Shown here: positions 50,402-63,998 of the stretch, piece after piece
Layout: each line of letters begins with the position of its first letter
Position numbering within the stretch: the first letter of the stretch is position 1
DNA from: Macrostomum hystrix
Taxonomy: Eukaryota; Animalia; Platyhelminthes
Direction of reading: 5' to 3'
Assembly (NCBI GenBank): GCA_950097015.1
Contig: CATNEN010000037.1
Location: forward strand, 3,534,001 to 3,598,000
Length of the DNA stretch: 64,000 bases
Translations under genes and position numbers: made by a program
Notes under the pieces: model-generated
What the model saw: the letters and a program-made list of their open reading frames with translations, nothing else
The model's database searches: none
What the model was told of the DNA's origin: nothing

Positions 50402-51041
50402 CTAATCCGCCAGTCCACCATCGTCCAGTTCTTCAGCTTCTCCATCAGACATCGCCGGAGGCCCAGCCTCCTCCGCGGCCGCCGCAGTCGCTGATGCCCC
50501 CGCAGCGGCTGTCAGGACGCCCGGTTCATCGCCGCTGGTCGCCTGACCGTGGCGCCGGCAGCCGAGCAACCTTCCAGCCAGATAGTAGGCAAACTCCAGC
50601 ATCTCGACAGACGTAATGACAGTCAGGCCGCCCCATAGCGAGAAGGAGCCGCCAATCTGCGAGATCAACGCCTCCAGCGTGATCTGCAGCTTCTCCTTGG
50701 TGACAGTTCGGGACAGGTCGGGCCGAAACACGCGCAGCCTGAGAAAATTATCCCTAATTAGATTGCCCTCCTCCGACTGCAACAGGTCGGCGGCGGCAGC
50801 AACATTGCCACTGCGAATGAGACTCTCCGAGCGGCTGTAGACGCTGAACTTGCCAGCCAGCATGGAGTTGTTTCTCACTCGCAGCCGGTAGAAGTCCAGC
50901 TCGTTTGTCTTCGGCGGCCACAGGGACTGGTAGGCGGTGGTTTTGAAGCCCAACGAATAGCAGGAGGCCGGACAGGTCGAGTCTGACTCGCTTGACATCA
51001 GATTGCGCGGGTCCAGCTCCTGCTTCGAGGCGCAGTCGTAG
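50402..51041 (-). CDS. DEG/ENaC channel subunit, exon 2 (end of thumb, TM2, C-tail)
   Basis: Acceptor cccacgcag|c, phase 2 match; CPASC, SLWP, LISQIGGSFSLWGGLTVITSVEMLEF; TAG at 50402-50404. Total protein 596 aa. Confidence 0.93.
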
Positions 51042-51050
51042 CTGCGTGGG

Positions 51051-52095
51051 AGAATGGATTGCTAGCCTGACCTCAAAGTGAATGGATTGCTAGTCTGACC
51101 TCAAAGTGAATGGATTGCTAGCCTGACCCCACAGTGAATGGATTCCTAGCCTGACCTCACAGTGAATGGATTGCTAGCCTGACCTCACAGTGAATGGATT
51201 GCTAGCCTGACCTCGAAGTCAATGCATTGCTATCCTGACCTCACGGTGAATAGTTTGCTAGCCTGACCTCAAAGTGAATGGATTGCTAGCCTGACCTCAC
51301 GGTGAATGGTTTGCTAGCCTGACCTCACGGTGAATGGATTGCTAGCCTGACCCCACAGTGAATGGATTCCTAGTCTGACCTCACGGTGAATGGATTGCTA
51401 GCCTGACCCCACAGTGAATGGATTCCTAGCCTGACCTCACAGTGAATGGATTGCTAGCCTGACCTCAAAGTGAATGGATTGCTAGCCTGACCTCACAGTG
51501 AATGGATTGCTAGCCTGACCTGGCAGTGAATGGATTGCTAGCCTGACCTCAAAGTCAATGCATTGCTAGCCTGACCTCACGGTAAATGGTTTGCTAGCCT
51601 GACCTCACGGTGAATGGTTTGCTAGCCTGACCTCACGGTGAATGGATTGCTAGCCTGACCTCACAGTGAAAGGATTGCTAGCCTGACCTCACGGTGAATG
51701 GTTTACTAGCCTGACCTCACGGTGAATGGTTTGCTAGCCTGACCTCACGGTGAATGGTTTACTAGCCTGACCTCACAGTGAATCGATTGCTAGCCTGACC
51801 TCACAGTGAAAGGATTGCTAGCCTGACGTCACAGTGAATGGATTGCTAGCCTGACCCCACAGTGAATGGATTCCTAGCCTGATCCCACAGTGAATGGATT
51901 GCTAGCCTGACCTCACAGTGAATGGATTGCTAGCCTGACCTCACAGTGAATGGATTGCTAGCCTGACCTCACAGTGAAAGGATTGCTAGCCTGACCTCAC
52001 AGTGAATGGATTGCTAGCCTGACCCCACAGTGAATGGATTGCTAGCCTGACCTCACAGTGAATGGATTGCTAGCCTGACCTCACAGTGAAAGGAT
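51051..52095. repeat. 28-bp minisatellite in the DEG/ENaC intron, about 37 copies
   Basis: Unit TGAATGGATTGCTAGCCTGACCTCACAG. Confidence 0.97.
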
Positions 52096-52747
52096 TAGAT
52101 TAAATGTGTTTTTGTTCGCTATGAAAGATGCCACAGGCCATGTTCCTTGTTAGCCTGGTCAAATATGCCCTTTTATCTCCCATCTTAGCAAAGCCGATGC
52201 CAGCTCGCTAGACTCAGCTCGAAGAGGTCTCAAATTTCTTCAATTTGCCTAAATCCTCCCAGTTCTTGTCGTATTCCTATTTTTTATGTTTTTTTATCCC
52301 AGCATCTCAGCAGTAGATCCTCAAGCTGTACAGTCTGACTCCTAGTGCAGCAAGTGGCTTTGGCTAACTAGTCAAACCAGATCTCTTGCGTGTCTTGCTT
52401 GAATTTCGCTGTCAGATAAAATAATGACCCTTTCCGCTCTTCGCAATATTTAAAAACGAAGCAATTCGTTTAGGGAATTTTTGCGAATTTTAATGGCTCT
52501 GGATAAACTGTTGCTAGCTAATTGCCCTAATGTGATCCGCGAGTACTACAGGCAGTTATGCTCAGTTCATTGAACTCAGTCCGAGTTCATTGCGAGTTCT
52601 ACTGATAATCCGGAGGCCCTGATAATCTGGAGTCCCTGATAATCCAAGATGCCCTGATAAGCCGATACCCTGATAATATTTTAACAGTATTTTTTAAGCA
52701 AATTTCGCAATTTTCCGAGTCTAAAAGCAATAGAAATTCGAACTCAC

Positions 52748-53898
52748 CTGGTGAAGAAAGCGTCGAAATCGAGCGAGTTGTTGCCCACCTTGCCGCAGAA
52801 TGGAACCTGGCTGAGCTCGGCCGTCAGTGGAAAGTCCGGATCAACGCATTTGCAGTGACGCCTAATTGAGTTCTGCACCTCCAGCTGACGGCAGGTGAGA
52901 CTGTCGTACGCGAACCTCCTACTCCGACCCCCCCTGACATCGCCGCCTCCGCCGCCTCCGTGGCCAATGTACAGGTCGATGTGCTGCCTGTCCGTGCAGT
53001 TCTCCTTCGGCGATTGTTTGTACTTTTCCACCGAGCGCGCTTCAACCAGCTCGATGACGCTCTTGGTGCCCGGTAGGACGTGAATGCCCAGCTGGCTGAT
53101 GCGCGGGTAGGTGCCGGCCGGGTGGACCAGAACGTGCGCGCCGATGCTGTCGTCCAAGTCGAAAAGCGTCGATGTGTCGTTGCATAGGTTGGCCTGCTGA
53201 CAGCTGAACATCTGCTCAGTATCCAGGTAGAGATCCATCTCTAGCGCGTGGGTGGTGTTGGCAATGTCTGGCGCCGGTGTCAGCATGAAGCAGGTGAAGA
53301 ACTGCGGGTTCGGTATCAGCAGGACGTCGCCGCTCAGATTGCAGCCGCGCTGCTGCATCTTGGAGTCAGTGACGTGGGTGAAATTGCAGGTGCCGTTTAG
53401 TACAAAGTCGTGAAAGGCTAGGCCGATCCGACGCACCGTGTTGACGCCCCAGTTCTGGTACAGGAAGGACTTGTCGGACAACGCCTTGAAGCTGCTGGAA
53501 TAGTTAGCGTAGCCCTTGAGCTGGGCCAGCATGTGCAGCAGGCGGATGTCCGTGACGTTTTTGCCAGTCCTGCTGCCGAATCGGCTAATCATGTCCGTGG
53601 AGAAGGGCTGCAGGTTGCAGACGGTCACGGATGGGAATGGAACCCTGTCTGAGTAGTGCTCAGTTGTGACCTCGAGCACGGTCTGGTAGAGCCGGTAGGT
53701 GTTGACCAGGCGCACGGTGAAGAACAGGCTGACGCCAAGGAAGCCGGACACGGACACCAGCCAGACCAGCTTCCAGCAGGCGCTGCGGCAGCGCAGGATG
53801 CGGGGCACTCCGCGCACCGAGGACAGCAGGCAGAAGCGGATTATCTCGTCAGATACTGACGTCGGGTGACTCGAGCGCTGCATCAGATCGCGACCCAT
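52748..53898 (-). CDS. DEG/ENaC (ASIC/FaNaC superfamily) channel subunit, exon 1
   Basis: ATG 53898 with an in-frame stop upstream; pre-TM1 SSVRGVPRI, TM1 KLVWLVSVSGFLGVSLFF, FPSVTVCNLQP, CF.L, G..V.VH....YP, Cys-rich thumb; donor ag|gtgagt, phase 2. Confidence 0.93.
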
Positions 53899-53967
53899 GA
53901 CTGCTGCTGCTCCTCTAGCTTTTTGTGTTGTGCATGTGGATCATTTCTGTTTTTTGTCGTTAACGCT

Positions 53968-54345
53968 ACTGCTGCTGTTGCTTCTGTAGATGCAGCTGCT
54001 GTTGCTTCTGTAGATGCAGCTGCTGTTGCTTCTGTAAATGCAGCTGCTGTTGCTTCTGTAAATGCAGCTGCTGTTGCTTCTGTAGATGCAGCTGCTGTTG
54101 CTTCTGTAAATGCAGCTGCTGTTGCTTCTGTAGATGCAGCTGCTGTTGCTTCTGTAGATGCAGCTGCTGTTGCTTCTGTAAATGCAGCTGCTGTTGCTTC
54201 TGTAAATGCAGCTGCTGTTGCTTCTGTAGATGCAGCTGCTGTTGCTTCTGTAAATGCAGCTGCTGTTGCTTCTGTAGATGCAGCTGCTGTTGCTTCTGTA
54301 GATGTAGCTGCTGTTGCTTCTGTAGATGCAGCTGCTGTTGCTTCT
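53968..54345. repeat. 24-bp minisatellite just upstream of the DEG/ENaC ATG
   Basis: Unit GTARATGCAGCTGCTGTTGCTTCT. Confidence 0.95.
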
Positions 54346-55009
54346 TTGGCTGTTGTTTTTATTGCTGCTGCTGCTGCTACCACTATTTTTAAGTTATTGT
54401 AACTTCTACTAGCAGGATTTCTTGTCTACTCCTGCTGCCGCCGCTTTTTTAATTTAAAACGTTTTGCTCTTCCACTCGACAATGATTTCTCCCCCATTGC
54501 TCTCCTCCCCTCTCTGCCCCTATGCCATCAGAGCAGCCAATCACAGAAGCAATTCGTTCTTCCATGAGGCTGTATAATGTAGCGGGGGTGAGACGGGGGA
54601 CATGGCCGTCACAGACACGCCCTCGGTAGCAGTAGCAGTGCAACATCTGTTAGTGACTGTGGGAAATATGCCTCAGTATTCACTGTCTGTTCTGTCCCTC
54701 GCCAAGGAAATGAATCTTATTTTGCTTCCTTCTGCGTGCTACTTCTGCAACTGTTCGTTGATTCGCATTTGAAATTCTATTCCTATTTTTCTTTCTGACG
54801 CACGCGATTTGGGCGGTTCACTGCGGTTTGTTTAGTCAAGACTTAGACTTAATTAATTGGCGATGTACGAGCTCGTAGCTAGCACTGGGCTTTGCAATTT
54901 CTCTGAAGATGGTAAAGCATACATTAATATTACAGATTGATAGCGATTGGGATAATCCGAAGGCTAAACAACAAACAGGCATCTGAGTAAAAGGAAAGGG
55001 GCCTTAGGA

Positions 55010-55325
55010 AAATGGATTGAGATCTAGGGACTGATTTTGAGAGCTAGGGAACAGGAATTGAGATATGGGGAACAGGGATTGGATCTAGGGAACAGGGATT
55101 GAGATCTAGGGAACAGGGATTGGATCTAGGGAACAGGGATTGGATCTAGGGAATGTGGACTGAGATCTAAGGAATAGGAATTGAGATTCAGGGAACAGGG
55201 ATCTAGGGAATGGAGATCGAGATCTTGGGAAGATGAATTAAGATCTAGGGATGGGGATTGAAGTCTAGGGAACAGAAACTGAGATCTAGTGAACTGATTA
55301 AAAAAAGTATTTGGATCTAGGGAAA
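55010..55325. repeat. Degenerate 21-22-bp repeat
   Basis: GATCTAGGGAACAGGGATTG(A/G)-like units. Confidence 0.75.
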
Positions 55326-55866
55326 CAGACTGGGTACCAAATAAAAATTATTTGGGATCAAGGAAATGGAGCAGGGAACTGGGGAATAGGAATAGGAAAA
55401 TAGGGGAAACGAAACTAGAATTATGGAAAAGAGATAATGAATAAAAAAGAGAATACGTGATGTGAAAGAGAAGTATTTCTACAGATATTTAAATTATGAC
55501 ATAAAATCTAAGTCATTTGCAGTCAACTCTGCTGCAAAAAGCAAGAGTTGCACCGATTAACTAAAATGAATTGGTCCACATGGTACTTAAAGAATGTTTG
55601 TCACGCAATTTAAATTTGTGACTCATCTGTTATCTTGCCCAGTAAAGCTTTTTTGAGCTAGTCACCTATCCAGAGTGTACTTGTAGTTTAATCAGTAGTT
55701 TAATCAATTTAACTTTTGTCTATATTCTTTGAACTGTTGCAACTAGCGTTAAAAACGTTTGTTTAAAATGATGCAGGCTATATACTCGAATTATATATAG
55801 AGTTGTATGTGTAGAATGCTAACTATTGTATTCATCTGATCTGATTTTTTGCAAGTCTTAGATAAG

Positions 55867-56615
55867 GGCGAGGCGTCTCCTGAAGAACCGGGGAAAGAGA
55901 GAGAGGCGTCTCCTGAAGAACCGGGGAAAGAGAGAGAGGCGTCTCCTGAAGAACCGGGGAAAGAGAGAGAGGCGTCTCCTGAAGAACCGAGGAGAAAGAG
56001 AGAGGCGTCTCCTGAAGAACCGGGGAAAGAGAGAGGCGTCTCCTGGAGAACCGGGGAAAGAGAGAGAGGCGTCTCCTGAAGAACCGGGGAAAGAGAGTGA
56101 GGCGTCTCCTGAAGAACCGGGGAAAGAGAGAGAGGCGTCTCCTGAAGAACCGGGGAAAGAGAGTGAGGCGTCTCCTGAAGAACCGGGGAAAGAGAGAGAG
56201 GCGTCTCCTGAAGAACCGGGGAAAGAGAGAGAGGCGTCTCCTGAAGAACCGGGGAAAGAGAGAGAGGCGTCTCCTGAAGAACCGAGGAGAAAGAGAGAGG
56301 CGTCTCCTGAAGAACCGGGGAAAGAGAGAGGCGTCTCCTGGAGAACCGGGGAAAGAGAGAGAGGCGTCTCCTGAAGAACCGGGGAAAGAGAGTGAGGCGT
56401 CTCCTGAAGAACCGGGGAAAGAGAGAGAGGCGTCTCCTGAAGAACCGGGGAAAGAGAGTGAGGCGTCTCCTGAAGAACCGGGGAAAGAGAGAGAGGCGTC
56501 TCCTGAAGAACCGGGGAAAGAGAGAGAGGCGTCTCCTGAAGAACCGGGGAAAGAGAGAGAGGCGTCTCCTGAAGAACCGGGGAAAGAGAGAGAGGCGTCT
56601 CCTGAAGAACCGGGG
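55867..56615. repeat. 33-bp (occasionally 31-bp) minisatellite
   Basis: Unit GAGGCGTCTCCTGAAGAACCGGGGAAAGAGAGA. Confidence 0.95.
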
Positions 56616-56677
56616 GAGAGTGTGTGGGCTGTAGTCTATTATCAGTTAATCAGAGTAAGTTAGGATTCAAGTCCTTT

Positions 56678-57017
56678 TCAGTTGGCGTAGAAGACCTGTT
56701 GAGTGTGCACGAAAGTCACTATAACGCCGATCGCCGCGATTGGCCGTCCGTGTTGAGCAACCGTGTTGCCGATGTCGCCTCCACCATTCCTTGAAGCGGT
56801 TTCAGTTTCAGCAGACAAGACTGACGGAATGCGAGGCGCGTTCACCATCCGCAAACTGCTTTCAGCGCCAGTGACTCTGGCTAACGCGGAGGTGGAGCGC
56901 GGCGGCGGCGGCGGCGGCAGCGGCGGCTGCGGAGGCGACGGTGGCGGCTGCGGCGGCTCGGCATAGTTCCAGCCCAGTTGCTGCTCAGATTCCGTCCGGT
57001 CTAGAGCAGTGTACGCG
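56678..57017 (-). CDS. Pro/Gln-rich orphan protein, terminal exon 4
   Basis: Follows a 79-nt intron, acceptor cattttcag|c, phase 2; AYTALDR...PPQPPLPPPPPPR...VFYAN*; GC-rich, coding-like composition. Confidence 0.65.
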
Positions 57018-57096
57018 CTGAAAATGATAGGCCAAGATTGAACTGTCAATTTGACAGATAAACGAGTGTTTGAGAAATTGTTTGAGTCGGCTGTAC

Positions 57097-57232
57097 CTAA
57101 AGTCCTGACTGTTGAGCCATTCTTGTGTTCGCATGGAAGACCAGCCTCTGTTTGACTCCGGCGCGCCGGTCCTCGCTTCTAGATGTCCGTCAAATGATTG
57201 CGTCATCAGGATTGGCTGCGGCTGCGGGCCGG
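57097..57232 (-). CDS. Pro/Gln-rich orphan protein, exon 3
   Basis: gtcag|cc ... ag|gtacag; 136 nt, phase 1 to 2; GPQPILMTQSFDGHLEART...QEWLNSQDF. Confidence 0.6.
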
Positions 57233-57235
57233 CTG

Positions 57236-57567
57236 ACCGCCTGTCAGGTGGGTGAGTAGGGATTGCATCAGGTGTGACAGACGGCCTGTCAGGTGGGTGA
57301 GTAGGGATTGCATCAGGTGTGACAGACCGCCTGTCAGGTGGGTGATTAGGGATTGCATCAGGTGTGACAGACCGCATGTCAGGTGGGTGAGTAGGAACTG
57401 CATCAGGTGTGACAGACGGCCTGTCAGGTGGGTGAGTAGGGATTGCATCAGGTGTGACAGACCGCCTGTCAGGTGGGTGAGTAGGAATTGCATCAGATGT
57501 GACAGACCGCCTGTCAGGTGGGTGAGTAGTAATTGCATCAGGTGTGACAGACCGCCTGTCAGGTGGG
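57236..57567. repeat. 45-bp minisatellite, about 7 copies, in orphan gene intron 2
   Basis: Unit GCCTGTCAGGTGGGTGAGTAGGGATTGCATCAGGTGTGACAGACC, with internal CTGTCA/TGACAG inverted repeat. Confidence 0.95.
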
Positions 57568-57998
57568 TAGATATGGGTCACCGGGTGTGTATTCTCGCAC
57601 GAAGGGCCTAAATTATAGGTAAATACTTATAGTTTCATTAAGCACAAAATGTATTTCTGCTACTTTATAACAGCAGTTTAGATGCACCCACAGCTACCCC
57701 AGTCCAGTAACCGGCACACCAAATACAGTATTGGCCTGAGATAGAAAATTTAAACAGATAACAATAGCCTAAAAAATGTGAGCTGACTCACTCCACTAGG
57801 CAAGTTGAGGACGCAGGGACTGCTAATTTGAGTAGTTTCATTATTAGTTGCAAGTTCGGCTGTCATTGAAATTAATGCTTGCACTTACAATCCTGCGACA
57901 GTCAGTTACAAAATAAATCTATCACCAGCTTACTCATACTCACCCAGTCTGGATTTTCAATTGCTTTAAATCTTTGGTGGATTGGGCCTTCTTAATAC

Positions 57999-58046
57999 CA
58001 GCCCTGCTCCAATTCTGGTCGCCAATCTCCGTCATTCTTCTCTGGT

Positions 58047-58090
<44 letters not shown>

Positions 58091-58207
58091 TGGGGCGGTG
58101 GTGGTTGCAGCAGAGTTTGAAGTCCTGTAGCTCGACTATCAGGGCCGACACTCCGTCGCTGCTGCTGCTGCTGCTGCTGCTGCTTTTTGCGAGGCCGGCT
58201 TGATCGT
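57999..58207 (-). CDS. Pro/Gln-rich orphan protein, exon 2 (Q8, P14)
   Basis: Branch-like ctaat upstream of aaag|a, donor g|gtatta; 209 nt, phase 2 to 1, open frame RSSRPRKKQ8RR...P14HQRRMTEIGDQNWSRA. Confidence 0.55.
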
Positions 58208-58239
58208 CTTTGATGCGGCGAATTAGGGCACAGTTATTG

Positions 58240-59940
58240 AGACTGAGAAACTGAGAGAGACTGAGAGACTGAGAGACTGAGAGAGACTGAGAAACTGAGA
58301 GACTGAGAAACTGAGAGACTGAGAAACTGAGAGACTCAGAAACTGAGAGAGACTGAGAGAAACTGAGAAACTGAGAGACTGAGAGAGACTGAGAAACTGA
58401 GAGACTGAGAGACTGAGAGAGACTGAGAAACTGAGAGACTCAGAAACTGAGAGAGACTGAGAAACTGAGAGACTGAGAAACTGAGAGAGACTAAGAGAAA
58501 CTGAGAAACTGAGAGACTGAGAGAGACTGAGAAACTGAGAGAAACTGAGAGACTGAGAAACTGAGAGAGACTGAGAAACTGAGAGACTGAGAAACTGAGA
58601 GAAACTGAGAGACTGAGAGAGACTGAGAAACTGAGAGACTGAGAAACTGAGAGAGACTGAGAGAAACTGAGAAACTGAGAGACTGAGAAACTGAGAGAGA
58701 CTGAGAAACTGAGAGACTCAGAAACTGAGAGAGACTGAGAAACTGAGAGACTGAGAAACTGAGAGACTGAGAAACTGAGAGACTGAGAAACTGAGAGACT
58801 GAGAAACTGAGAGACTGAGAAACTGAGAGAGACTGAGAAACTGAGAGACTGAGAGACTGAGAGAGACTGAGAAACTGAGAGACTCAGAAACTGAGAGAGA
58901 CTGAGAAACTGAGAGACTGAGAAACTGAGAGAGACTAAGAGAAACTGAGAAACTGAGAGACTGAGAGAGACTGAGAAACTGAGAGAAACTGAGAGACTGA
59001 GAAACTGAGAGAGACTGAGAAACTGAGAGACTGAGAAACTGAGAGAAACTGAGAGACTGAGAGAGACTGAGAAACTGAGAGACTGAGAAACTGAGAGAGA
59101 CTGAGAGAAACTGAGAAACTGAGAGACTGAGAAACTGAGAGAGACTGAGAGAAACTGAGAAACTGAGAGACTGAGAAACTGAGAGAAACTGAGAAACTGA
59201 GAGACTGAGAAACTGAGAGAGACTGAGAAACTGAGAGACTCAGAAACTGAGAGAGACTGAGAAACTGAGAGACTGAGAAACTGAGAGACTGAGAAACTGA
59301 GAGACTGAGAAACTGAGAGACTGAGAAACTGAGAGAGACTGAGAAACTGAGAGACTGAGAGACTGAGAGAGACTGAGAAACTGAGAGACTCAGAAACTGA
59401 GAGAGACTGAGAAACTGAGAGACTGAGAAACTGAGAGAGACTAAGAGAAACTGAGAAACTGAGAGACTGAGAGAGACTGAGAAACTGAGAGAAACTGAGA
59501 GACTGAGAAACTGAGAGAGACTGAGAAACTGAGAGACTGAGAAACTGAGAGAAACTGAGAGACTGAGAGAGACTGAGAAACTGAGAGAGACTGAGAGAAA
59601 CTGAGAAACTGAGAGACTGAGAAACTGAGAGAGACTGAGAAACTGAGAGACTCAGAAACTGAGAGAGACTGAGAAACTGAGAGACTGAGAAACTGAGAGA
59701 CTGAGAAACTGAGAGACTGAGAAACTGAGAGAGACTGAGAAACTGAGAGACTGAGAAACTGAGAGAGACTGAGAGACCGAGAGAGACTGAGAAACTGAGA
59801 GAGACTGAGAAACTGAGAGACTGAGAGAGACTGAGAAACTGAGAGAGACTGAGAAACTGAGAGAGACTGAGAGACTGAGAGACTGAGAGACTGAGAGACC
59901 GAGAGAGACTGAGAAACTGGGAGAGACTGAGAAACTGAGA
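58240..59940. repeat. 8/10-bp based array (ACTGAGAA/ACTGAGAG) with higher-order blocks, orphan gene intron 1
   Basis: (ACTGAGAA ACTGAGAG)n with AG insertions. Confidence 0.97.
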
Positions 59941-59980
59941 ACCAAAAGGGGGAAGGAAGGCTGGTTAAGAGGTTGCTCAC

Positions 59981-60048
59981 CTGGGCTCCAAATTCACCAA
60001 ATCCATCAAGTTGCCCATGGTCCGACCAATGATCGGATGGCAGTCCAT
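59981..60048 (-). CDS. Pro/Gln-rich orphan protein, putative exon 1
   Basis: ATG 60048, [22 protein letters not shown] plus 2 nt, strong donor ag|gtgagc. Further upstream exons are possible. Confidence 0.5.
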
Positions 60049-61287
60049 GGCTGCTTGGCCAGTGGTCAAGTTATTGTTTTAACTCTATGAAGTAGGAGCT
60101 GCGACTGCTCAGATAGTTTAAGAATTTGTCCTGGGGCCGTTCATAAGCATTGAGCTATCTTTAGAAACATGAGTAAAGCTTTTCATTCCTGTTCCTTATG
60201 AGCAAAAGTAGGTATACTATAGTGTGCTACAACAATCTCTTCTTTCTCTGTCTGAAATTATCTTACTATTCGTCAGCTCTTGGGGTCAGTTGTTGCATAC
60301 AGGTAAAAAAATGGCAGCCCACGCAAATATTTTGAGCTAAACACAGCGAACTTTTGTGGCATACATACCTGCACCATGGCATGTATTGAATGCGCCAGAT
60401 CTTTCATGATTAGGTAGGTACAAGCTAGTATTTGTAAATTTTAAGTCAAGTACATTATTGCCATGTTTTCATTGTACTCTTACGAGCGCACCTTTCCTTC
60501 AGTATAGATGTAAATCTAAAATAAAATGGGACTTCTAATGTATAGATACTGGTCGTAGTCTGTCAATTTAATGTTCTGCTTAAAGTTCGAAAACTTATTT
60601 CGGGGCTAAATTAAATTATGGGGAAGCATGAACTTGAAAGTGTGAACTTTTCCAGACCACATTTTTTTCTATACATTTGAAATAAAAATAATTACTTTTT
60701 TCTGTATGCTTTCTTTGTACTTCATCCATTAATATCGAGACCTGTAGCGTTGGTTTAAATCCTCTGTGAATTATGCTTCATACGAGCTCGTACTTATGAG
60801 GTCGTATTTATATCTGACATGCGAATACGGATATATGCGCAGATATGGGTTCGAAAATTTCTAAAATTTCTGGATTCTAAAATTCAGTGGGCACGTAATT
60901 TGTTGGGGGACCAGTTTCTTGTCTGGCTTTTCTGGTTGGCATTGGCAAATGAGAAGAAACTAGGATTCTCCGCCGGAAAGTTCCAACTAACTCGGAGTTC
61001 TAGTTTTAATTTTAGTTTAAACAAAGCTTAGCTTTAAGAACAAAGAATAAAGCTTAAATAGTAACTGATTGTCAAAATTTTTCATAAAGTTTTTATTATT
61101 ATTCCTGTTTGCTTAATAAAGAGCACAGGTTTTCTGAAAATAACGGGATCTATGCAAACAAGTATGTTTAAACCGAAGAAGAAAACTTATTTCAGCTTTA
61201 ATATTTATTTTAAGTTAAAATTACCTTTAAAATTAGCTTTTTACCGCTTTTTACAAAAAATAGAAAACAGAATACTGAACTGAAGAA

Positions 61288-61334
61288 ATGGAATATGTTG
61301 GCAGCTCTTATGAAGGCGATGTAAAGAATGAAAG
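61288..61334 (+). CDS. MORN5: MORN repeat-containing protein 5, exon 1
   Basis: MEYVGSSYEGDVKNE(R) matches the MORN5 N-terminus (MEYTGS.Y.G...GR). Donor is ag|GCaagt (GC-AG), phase 2. Confidence 0.85.
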
Positions 61335-62028
61335 GCAAGTACTTCTCTTTTCTTTGACTTGTTTGGGTGTGCCCTCACTTTACGTCTAAAATGTAGTTTT
61401 GTAAAGAAAAGTACACATTCGTGAAACAGTATAATATTTTTTTGATAACGCCTAACGCGATCTGCCTTTGTATATTATGTTCATACTACAAATGAATACA
61501 TACAGTCAGTATACAGTGAATATTAAACAAAAATTACACCATCTCTTTTTGTGTATTTTTTGTAAGTGGTAAAAATCATGAGGTGATAGAAGTCTTAAAC
61601 TTGAGAAGCAATAAATTAAATTGAGTGATTAAAGTTTCATTTATAGAGGTGCAAAAAATACTTGCTTTAAAAAACAAGATTTTTCATAAACTATTTTACT
61701 AATGGTGCAGAGTTTAGCTGTATTCTTACAATGCTTAAAATAAAAATCATCAAAAATCGCGTGACAAAAAAAGTCTTTTTTAAAAGCATTGTATTCAACT
61801 ATATTTTGTATAATTTAACTTTTATAACGCTTTGAAAATACTTAAAACGTGGAATTTTTTTTTCGCGTAATAATATTTGTGATGCGCCTCTATTAATTGT
61901 CTGATAATTTGCTCACTATCATATTTTAATGAGTTTTTTAGTGTTCAGATATGAAGTATTTATCCAAGTCTTAGTAATTCTGATAGTGCAAAATGGACTT
62001 TATACAAAACATTAACAGAAACAATTAA

Positions 62029-62301
<273 letters not shown>

Positions 62302-62507
62302 TAGCATTCTAACAATGAATGGCATGGTATATTATATAAATTGGCTCACCTAACTCACTTCCCCTCTTATCTATTCTGACGCCAAACTCCCAAACTCCTC
62401 CTTATCGATACACATATCGCACTACCCCAACCCAATAAATACAGCCACCAATCAATCCCATTCAATCACACTCCTTATCAATATCGAACAGCTACCTCAC
62501 TCCCTAA

Positions 62508-63998
<1,491 letters not shown>

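Noticed and set aside
55849-56663. EASPEEPGKER-repeat ORFs
   Set aside because: The 33-bp VNTR has 2-bp frameshifting variants, no ATG and no fitting splice sites; it lies between genes.
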